DNA of 29,723 nucleotides from a virus (Duplodnaviria; Heunggongvirae; Uroviricota; Caudoviricetes): IMG/VR virus record IMGVR_UViG_2675903266_000003; one strand, 5' to 3'. Shown piece by piece: positions 19,671 to 29,723 of this stretch (position 1 is its first letter; each line of letters starts with the position of its first letter). The notes under the pieces were generated by a model. It saw only the letters and a program-made list of their open reading frames with translations, ran no database searches and was not told where the DNA came from. The position numbers and the translations under genes were made by a program.

Positions 19671-20066
19671 TCACATTTCATAGATAATGACATAAGTCAG
19701 ATCGGCTGAACTCCACAGGCCCGCATCATCGTCGCGCCGGTAGTCATAGCCGCTGGCCACCATACTGGTGATCAAATCTGACAGTGCCGGGATATCGCTC
19801 ATCACCGGATAAATCCGGGACTCCATCCACGAATCCAGCTCTGAATCCGGCACCTGAGCAGGCAGGAAAACTTCAATATGCAGCTCCGCCTGCCAGGTAT
19901 CGCTGTCCAGCTCTTCGCCCGTGTATTCAGCGCCGGTGAGATAAACGGCAATTGCCGGAAAATCTTCCTCATCAAAAACAGCGGGGCGACCATCAAAAAG
20001 CGTCGCCCCGGTGTCATGCTTCTCCAGTGCATCCAGTACGGCTGCACGGAGTTCAGTATGTTTCAT
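19671..20066 (-). CDS. U: tail terminator / tail completion protein U
   Basis: 131-aa ORF, the same length as lambda U as I recall it; position between Z and V. Confidence 0.9.
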   Translation of the reverse strand: MKHTELRAAVLDALEKHDTGATLFDGRPAVFDEEDFPAIAVYLTGAEYTGEELDSDTWQAELHIEVFLPAQVPDSELDSWMESRIYPVMSDIPALSDLITSMVASGYDYRRDDDAGLWSSADLTYVIIYEM

Positions 20067-20641
20067 CGCTTTATTACCATTCTCAGTTGATGCTGCAGCG
20101 CATAGCCCAGCTCTTTCGGAAGACGTTCACGCCGTATCCGTTCAATATTCTGTTTAAACGCCGTGGTCAGCGGCACCGCCATCGGGATTTTCACCACATC
20201 AATGGGGTAACGGTTTTTCCCGGCCACACGCTGCATAACATGCCACCGGCCGTTTTTCAGTTGCTGAATAAACGCGCCGGGAATACGACGGTTACCCACC
20301 ACAAGCACGCTGCCGCCACCTTTCAGGGATGAACGCTGCCCCTTTTTATGACGCCTGCGGCGGGACAGGACAACCCGCGCATTACCCAGCTTGATTACGG
20401 GCAAATCCCCCCGGTTAACTTTGATTCTGGCCTGCGGATTTTTGACCGTGGCCCTTTTCAGCCTGGCCCTTTCCTTTACCAGTTTCCGGCGTACCTTTGT
20501 CTCACGGGCAACCTGTGACGCAGACTGCGATATCGCGGATGAAGCAACGCGGTTAATGGCCATTGCGGCGGCACCGGGCACCGCCGTTTTGCTGATACGG
20601 CTGAGGTTTTCAACGGCCTGCTCAAGACCTTTTATGGCCAT
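20063..20641 (-). CDS. Z: tail completion protein Z
   Basis: 192-aa ORF, the same length as lambda Z as I recall it; overlaps the U start. Confidence 0.85.
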   Translation of the reverse strand: MAIKGLEQAVENLSRISKTAVPGAAAMAINRVASSAISQSASQVARETKVRRKLVKERARLKRATVKNPQARIKVNRGDLPVIKLGNARVVLSRRRRHKKGQRSSLKGGGSVLVVGNRRIPGAFIQQLKNGRWHVMQRVAGKNRYPIDVVKIPMAVPLTTAFKQNIERIRRERLPKELGYALQHQLRMVIKR

Positions 20642-20652
20642 ACATCCCCCTT

Positions 20653-21006
20653 TCAGCGGCGACGGTTAACGGCAGGCGGTACGCCCCGTCCAAGCCAGAG
20701 ATGACAACTTCCGCCATCATCCGGCGAAACCCGATCTACCCAGAAATTTTCCTCACCGATGGTCAGCGTGTCTCCACGCCGCAGCTGCCGCACCTCATCA
20801 GTCCGGACAAACAGGGACGGGCTGGAGCCTTCAACGCGCACGCCCTGTCCGGCATAGCTGATATTTTCAGGGTCATCAAAAACACCACGTATCACCGCAC
20901 CTGACTGCTCACCGGATGTCATGGTGGCTGACGTTCCCATGTACCCGCGTATCGTTTCATCGGCGCGGGCAATGGCAGCATCGAACAGGTTATCGAAATC
21001 AGCCAC
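20653..21006 (-). CDS. FII: head-tail joining protein FII
   Basis: 117-aa ORF, the same length as lambda FII as I recall it; position after FI. Confidence 0.85.
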   Translation of the reverse strand: MADFDNLFDAAIARADETIRGYMGTSATMTSGEQSGAVIRGVFDDPENISYAGQGVRVEGSSPSLFVRTDEVRQLRRGDTLTIGEENFWVDRVSPDDGGSCHLWLGRGVPPAVNRRR

Positions 21007-21017
21007 AGCGCCTCCCG

Positions 21018-21416
21018 TTATTGCATTCTGGCCAGGCCGCGCTCTGTCATTTCGGCTGCCACACCGGCAGAGACACGAAACGCCGTTCCCGGCAGCACAA
21101 ATGCCACAGGTTTATCCCGCGTGGCGTGAAGTGCATCAGTATGCAGCGTCACCAGTGCCACGACCGTGACCAGTTCAGCCGTATCCTGAATCACGGTATC
21201 CGGCTGCGCTGATACCACCTCATTTTCATGCCCGGTCAGCACATTTTCCCGGCTGAGAGGGGTGTCCTGACCGGCAGTTTCATCCGTGTCATCAAGCTCT
21301 TCTTCCAGCTCTGCCACACGAAGCGCCAGTTCTTCTTTCGTTCCCGTCAAACTGACATCGCGGTTCAATTGCTCACCCAGCTCCTGAAGACGGGCAATCA
21401 GTTCATCTTTCGTCAT
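21018..21416 (-). CDS. FI: DNA packaging / head assembly protein FI
   Basis: MTKDELIARL...MTERGLARMQ matches lambda FI. I chose the internal Met, giving 132 aa, over the longer tracked ORF. Confidence 0.85.
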   Translation of the reverse strand: MTKDELIARLQELGEQLNRDVSLTGTKEELALRVAELEEELDDTDETAGQDTPLSRENVLTGHENEVVSAQPDTVIQDTAELVTVVALVTLHTDALHATRDKPVAFVLPGTAFRVSAGVAAEMTERGLARMQ

Positions 21417-21457
21417 GAACTCCTCCACAGAGAGAAAATGGCCCCGAAGGGCCATGA

Positions 21458-22483
21458 TTACGCCAGTTGAACGGACACGAACTCATCAGGATCAGCCAGC
21501 AGCATCAGCGGTGCTGACTGAATCATGGTGAACTCACGCGCCGGATCGCCGGTGGTCACCCAGTTTTTCGGGTAACGGGCAGAAGCGTTAATGCCTTCGC
21601 GCTGTGCGTCCGCATCCTGAATGCAGCCATAGGTGCGCAGACCGCGAGCCTGAGTGTTCCCCAGCACCATCGTGTTGTCCGGCAGGAAGTTCTTTTTGAC
21701 GCCGTTTTCCACGTACTGTCCGGAATACACGACGATGGCCACATCGCCATACATTCCCTTATAGGACACCGCTTTGCCCAGGTCTTTTACCGCTGTCTCC
21801 AGCTCGGAATGAGAGCCGCGACGGGTATCCAGCTTCTCCTTGACGGCTTTGAAGGAACGGAACAGCGCCCAGCCTTTCGGGTCAAACACGATGATATTCA
21901 CCACACCGCTGGCGTTCAGCGCGTAGGCTTCGATATCGTCGGTCGGGTCATACGTGGACTTGTCACGCTTGCTCCACTCCGTGACGCCGGACTGTGTGAT
22001 GTTGTTCGCCGCACTGCGGCCCATATCCACCTCAACCGGATCGAAGGCTTCACCGGTCATGGTGTATTTGCCCTTGAGCACGGCAGAAACTGCCTGCATC
22101 TCTTCGACCTGAGCAATGGCCAGCTCTTCGTCACGCATGTTCTGCATGATGATGCGACGGCGGCGGTAAGCCGGGTCCGCCAGATTCTGCGGATCTTCAT
22201 CCGGCAGGCGACGCAGGGTCATCTGCGGATTCACCTCATGCTTGGGTTTGACATATCCCGGCGTAAATTCAGAGGTGGAGCCGCCACGGGAACGGATAAC
22301 CTCACCGGAAACAATCGGCGAAACGTACAGCGCCATGTTTACCAGTCCCGGAATTTGTGAGAGATAGACTTTCTCCGTAGTGAAGGGATAGCTCTCACGG
22401 AAAAAGAGACGCAGAAACAGCGGATCAAACTTAAATTTCTGCTCATTTGCCGCCAGCAGCTGGGCGGTTGTGTACATCGACAT
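21458..22483 (-). CDS. E: major capsid protein E
   Basis: MSMYTTAQLLAANEQKFKFDPLFLRLFFRESYPFTTEKVYLSQIPGLVNMALYVSP... is near-identical to lambda gpE. Start set at MSMYTT, giving 341 aa. Confidence 0.95.
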   Translation of the reverse strand: MSMYTTAQLLAANEQKFKFDPLFLRLFFRESYPFTTEKVYLSQIPGLVNMALYVSPIVSGEVIRSRGGSTSEFTPGYVKPKHEVNPQMTLRRLPDEDPQNLADPAYRRRRIIMQNMRDEELAIAQVEEMQAVSAVLKGKYTMTGEAFDPVEVDMGRSAANNITQSGVTEWSKRDKSTYDPTDDIEAYALNASGVVNIIVFDPKGWALFRSFKAVKEKLDTRRGSHSELETAVKDLGKAVSYKGMYGDVAIVVYSGQYVENGVKKNFLPDNTMVLGNTQARGLRTYGCIQDADAQREGINASARYPKNWVTTGDPAREFTMIQSAPLMLLADPDEFVSVQLA

Positions 22484-22538
22484 AAAAAAATCCCGTAAAA
22501 AAAGCCACACAGGCGGCCTTTAGTGATGAAGGGTAAAG

Positions 22539-22871
22539 TTAAACGATGCTGATTGCCGTTCCGGCAAACACGGTCCGTTTTTTCGTCTCGTCGCTGGCAG
22601 CCTCCGGCCAGAGCACATCCTCATAACGGAACGTGCCGGACTTGTAGAACGTCAGTGTGGTGCTGGTCTGGTCAGCAGCAACCGCAAGAATGCCAACGGC
22701 AGCACCGTCGGTGGTGCCATCCCACGCAACCAGCTTACGGGTGGAGGTGTCCAGCATCAGCGGGGTCATTGCAGGCGCTTTCGCACTCAATCCGCCGGGC
22801 GCGGTTGCGGTATGAGCCGGGTCACTATTGCCCAGCGGCTGGTAATGGGTAAAGGTTTCTTTGCTCGTCAT
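22539..22871 (-). CDS. D: head decoration protein D
   Basis: [41 protein letters not shown]... matches lambda gpD. Start set at MTSKETF, giving 110 aa. Confidence 0.95.
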   Translation of the reverse strand: MTSKETFTHYQPLGNSDPAHTATAPGGLSAKAPAMTPLMLDTSTRKLVAWDGTTDGAAVGILAVAADQTSTTLTFYKSGTFRYEDVLWPEAASDETKKRTVFAGTAISIV

Positions 22872-22880
22872 AAACATCCC

Positions 22881-23486
22881 TTACACTGGTGTGTTCAGCA
22901 AATCGTTAACGGCATCAGATGCCGGGTTACCTGCAGCCAGCGGTGCCGGTGCCCCCTGCATCAGACGATCCAGCGCAGTGTCACTGCGCGTCTGTGCACT
23001 CTGTGGTGCTGCGGCCAGAATACGGCGGGCCGTTTCTACGGTCATACCGGGGGTTTCGGCCAGCACGCGTGCCTGTTCTTCGCGTCCGTGAGCCTCCTCA
23101 CAGTTGAGGATCCCCATAATGCGACTGTTTTCTGCCGCAACCGCTGCGGTGATCTGCGCGTTCACGTCCGGCTGCGCCGCGCTGGCGTTCTCGCCCTCCG
23201 TCGCTTGCACCACGCCAGTAACGTCAGCCTGCGAAGCAGTGGCTGAAACAGTTGTTGATTGAGTCTCTTTGGTCATTCGCCCTCCTGAGAGACGGGATTT
23301 ACGTGCATCCAGTGCATCACGCATGACGGTGATCGCATCGGTACTGTTAACAAGTTCATCAGCCAGTCCGGCATCAATGGCCTCCTGACCGCTGTACACT
23401 GCAGCCTCGGTATCCAGCACAGCCTGCACGGACAGGCCGGTATATGCCGACACCTTCTGTGCAAACATCCGGCGGGTTGCATCCAT
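22881..23486 (-). CDS. Nu3: scaffolding protein Nu3, nested in frame in the 3' part of C
   Basis: In-frame internal ATG at 23484..23486 (MDATRRMFAQKVSAYTG...) sharing the stop of C, as in lambda where Nu3 is the C-terminal part of the C frame. Confidence 0.65.
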   Translation of the reverse strand: MDATRRMFAQKVSAYTGLSVQAVLDTEAAVYSGQEAIDAGLADELVNSTDAITVMRDALDARKSRLSGGRMTKETQSTTVSATASQADVTGVVQATEGENASAAQPDVNAQITAAVAAENSRIMGILNCEEAHGREEQARVLAETPGMTVETARRILAAAPQSAQTRSDTALDRLMQGAPAPLAAGNPASDAVNDLLNTPV

Positions 23487-24180
23487 CCGGGACTGCAATG
23501 TTTCCCGGACATCATCCGGTAGATGGCTGTAGGGGTTGCCATCCACCTTATGGCTGCCGCTGTAAATCAGCGTGATTTCCACGCCCTGTTTCTCCAGTGC
23601 AGCGCCGTAATTACTGTGAGCCATCATGACGCCGATGGAGCCTGTCCGGGCGGTCTGCGTGACCAGACGCCGGGAGGCGGCACTGGCAAGCAGCTGACCT
23701 GCGCTGCAGTTCATGTCATTGGCCAGCGCCCATACCGGCTTTATGTCACGCACACGGGCGATGATGTCAGCGCAGTCAAATGCTCCCGCCACCATTCCGC
23801 CCGGTGTGTCCATATCGAGCAGAATGCCGTCCACCATCGGGTCGCTGGCAGCCTGTTGCAGACGGGCGATAATGCCGTTGTAACCGGTCATCCCCGAGTA
23901 CGGCTGCAGCGCCCGCGTCCGGCTGACCAGCGTGCCGGACACCGGCAGCACGGCGATGCCGTTCATTACCTGATAACTGCGGGCCTGTCGTGGTCCGTCA
24001 TCATCACCGGATAACGCCAGCGCCGCGGGTGCCTCTCCGGCAGTCAGGCTGTCGCCGGATACTGCATCCGTCAGGCAGCTGATCCCAAGCTGGCCTGCAA
24101 GCGCACAAAAGAAAACCCGCGCATAGGCGGGTTCAAGCATCAGCGGCTCATTAAAAGCCATGCTGGCAATATGCGGGAGA

Positions 24181-24200
<20 letters not shown>
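22881..24200 (-). CDS. C: head maturation protease C
   Basis: TAELRNLPHIASMAFNEPLMLEPAYARVFFCALAGQLGIS... matches lambda gpC. I placed the start at a GTG (24198..24200), giving 439 aa; the tracked ORF extends further upstream into B. Confidence 0.85.
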
Positions 24201-27881
<3,681 letters not shown>

Positions 27882-27907
<26 letters not shown>

Positions 27908-28427
27908 TCAGCAACCCCGGTATCAGTTCATCCAGCGCGGCTGCTTTGTTCATGGCTTTGATGATATCCCGTTTCAGGAAATCAACATGTCGGTTTTCCA
28001 GTTCCGGAAAACGCCGCTGCACCGACAGGGGGATCCCGTCGAGAATACTGGCAATTTCACCTGCGATCCGCGACAGCACGAAAGTACAGAATGCGGTTTC
28101 CACCACTTCAGCGGAGTCTCTGGCATTTTTCAGCTCCTGTGCGTCGGCCTGCGCACGCGTAAGTCGATGGCGTTCGTACTCAATAGTCCCTGGCTGGAGA
28201 TCTGTCTCGCTGGCCTGCCGCAGTTCTTCAACTTCCCGGCGCAGCTTTTCGTTCTCAATTTCAGCATCCCTTTCGGCATACCATCTTATAACGGCGGCAG
28301 AGTCATAAAGCACCTCATTACCCTTGCCACCGCCTCGCAGAACGGGCATTCCCTGTTCCTGCCAGTTCTGAATGGTACGGATACTCGCACCGAAAATGTC
28401 AGCCAGCTGCTTTTTGTTGACTTCCAT
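27882..28427 (-). CDS. Nu1: terminase small subunit Nu1
   Basis: MEVNKKQLADIFGASIRTIQNWQEQGMPVLRGGGKGNEVLYDSAAV... is near-identical to lambda Nu1 (181 aa). Confidence 0.95.
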
Positions 28428-28429
28428 TG

Positions 28430-28640
28430 TTCATTCCACGGACAAAAACAGAGAAAGGAAACGACAGAGGCCAAAAAGCCCGTTTTCAGCACCTGTCGTT
28501 TCCTTTCTTTTCAGGGGGTGTTTTAAATAAAAACATTAGGTTACGGCGAAGAAGAACGGAAACGCCTTAAACCGGAAAATTGTCATAAATAGCGAAAACC
28601 CGCGCGCCTTCCGCCCCGTAACCTGTCGGATCGCCGGAAA
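28430..28640 (-). other. cos: cos region (cosB, cosN and flanking sequence); cosN 12-nt cohesive-end sequence at 28605..28616
   Basis: The reverse complement reads ACAGGTTACG GGGCGGAAGGCG CGCGGGTTTTCGCTATTTATGACAATTTTCCGGTTTAAGGCGTTTCCGTTCTTCTTCG..., closely matching the lambda cos sequence from memory except within the 12-nt overhang (lambda GGGCGGCGACCT). Confidence 0.8.
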
Positions 28641-28815
28641 GGACCCGCAAAATGATAATAATTATCATCTACATGTCACAACGTGCATCTACGCCATCAA
28701 ACCACGTCAAATAATCAATTATGACGCAGGTATCGTATTAATTGATCTGCATCAACTTAACGTAAAAACAACTTCAGACAATACAAATCAGCGACACTGA
28801 ATACAGGGCAACCTC

Positions 28816-29049
28816 ATGTCAACGAAGAACAGAACCCGCAGAACAACAACCCGCAACATCCGCTTTCCTAACCAAATGATTGAACAAATTAACATCGCTC
28901 TTGTTCAAAAAGGGTCCGGGAATTTCTCAGCCTGGGTCATTGAAGCCTGCCGCCGGAGACTGTGCTCAGAAAAAAGAGTTTCGCCTGAAGCAAACAAAGA
29001 AAAGAGTGACATTACTGAATTGCTCAGAAAACAGGTTAGACCAGATTGA
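28816..29049 (+). CDS. small prophage protein, likely DUF3950 family (YlcI/YnfO-like)
   Basis: 77-aa ORF MSTKNRTRRTTTRNIRFPNQMIEQINIALVQKGSGNFSAWVIEACRRRL... that I recall as resembling E. coli cryptic-prophage YnfO/YlcI. Family assignment is from memory. Confidence 0.5.
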   Translation: MSTKNRTRRTTTRNIRFPNQMIEQINIALVQKGSGNFSAWVIEACRRRLCSEKRVSPEANKEKSDITELLRKQVRPD

Positions 29050-29106
29050 AGCAATTTAGATAATCGTGCAGACTACGCCCCCTCATATCACATGGAAGGT
29101 ACTACA

Positions 29107-29517
29107 ATGGCTCAGGTTGCCATTTTTAAACAAATATTCGATAAAGTGCGAAATAATTTAAACTATCACTGGTTTTATTCTGAACTAAAACGTCACAATG
29201 TCTCACATTACATTTACTATTTAGCCACAGAGAATATTCATCTTGTTCTTGAAAACGATAATACGGTTTTAATAAAAGGACAGGGTAAGGTTGTAAATGT
29301 AAGATTTTCAAAAAATAAATGCCTTATAGAAGCCACCTTAAAAGGATTCAAATCAGGAGAGTTATCATTTTACGAATACAGGAAAAATCTTGCTACAGCA
29401 GGGGTTTTCAGATGGATTACAAATATCCACGAAAACAAAAGGTATTACTATACCTTTGATAATTCATTACTCTTTACTGAGAACATACAGAACACTACAC
29501 AAATATTTCCGCACTAA
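29107..29517 (+). CDS. small prophage protein, likely DUF1398 family (YbcV/YdfO-like)
   Basis: [61 protein letters not shown]..., with GGAAGG upstream of the chosen ATG. AT-rich. Family assignment is from memory of cryptic-prophage paralogs. Confidence 0.5.
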   Translation: MAQVAIFKQIFDKVRNNLNYHWFYSELKRHNVSHYIYYLATENIHLVLENDNTVLIKGQGKVVNVRFSKNKCLIEATLKGFKSGELSFYEYRKNLATAGVFRWITNIHENKRYYYTFDNSLLFTENIQNTTQIFPH

Positions 29518-29723
29518 ATCATAACGTCCGGTTTCTTCCGTGCCAGAACCGGACTCGCTGGCATGATGAAATATGTGTACCCGGTAACCCCGGTGTGCAT
29601 CGTTTTTGATTATTCCCGCACACTCGCGCAGAAGGAGTTCCCCGTCGGGCTACGGTCTCTGTTAATACGGGAATACGGCGACGATTGGATTTGCCCCTAT
29701 ATTTCCAGACATCTGTTATCACT

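Noticed and set aside
28651..28667. AT-rich palindrome ATGATAA-TAA-TTATCAT next to cos
   Set aside because: A 7-bp inverted repeat in AT-rich DNA is expected by chance; no adjacent regulator gene suggests an operator.
29519..29722. 67-aa minus-strand ORF at the right edge
   Set aside because: Arg/Cys-rich, no recognisable motif, and it runs to the window edge; likely noncoding or part of a gene I cannot see fully.

Overview
This window is the packaging, head, tail and tail-fibre (late) region of a lambda-like prophage from an enterobacterial (E. coli/Shigella-type) genome, with almost every gene on the minus strand. Reading right to left: cos site, Nu1, A, W, B, C/Nu3, D, E, FI, FII, Z, U, V, G/G-T, H, M, L, K, I, J, lom, stf, tfa. 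Most proteins match phage lambda nearly residue for residue, from memory. The right edge, beyond cos, carries two small plus-strand genes that I recall as prophage accessory genes. The left edge is an AT-rich, ORF-poor stretch of about 750 bp abutting an IS1 end. The unusual part is the J-lom-stf region, which is rearranged: J carries an in-frame internal tandem duplication of about 765 bp, and a 3.1-kb block carrying a second, divergent allele set plus an IS21-family remnant sits between two identical 632-bp direct repeats. As assembled, J stops 20 nt past a novel junction and lacks its C-terminal receptor-binding region. I cannot tell from sequence alone whether this is real recombination between two lambdoid prophages or an assembly chimera. 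I found no recognisable defence system, CRISPR array, tRNA or rRNA; the only candidate for something undescribed is a weakly supported small plus-strand transcription unit in the left AT-rich stretch.
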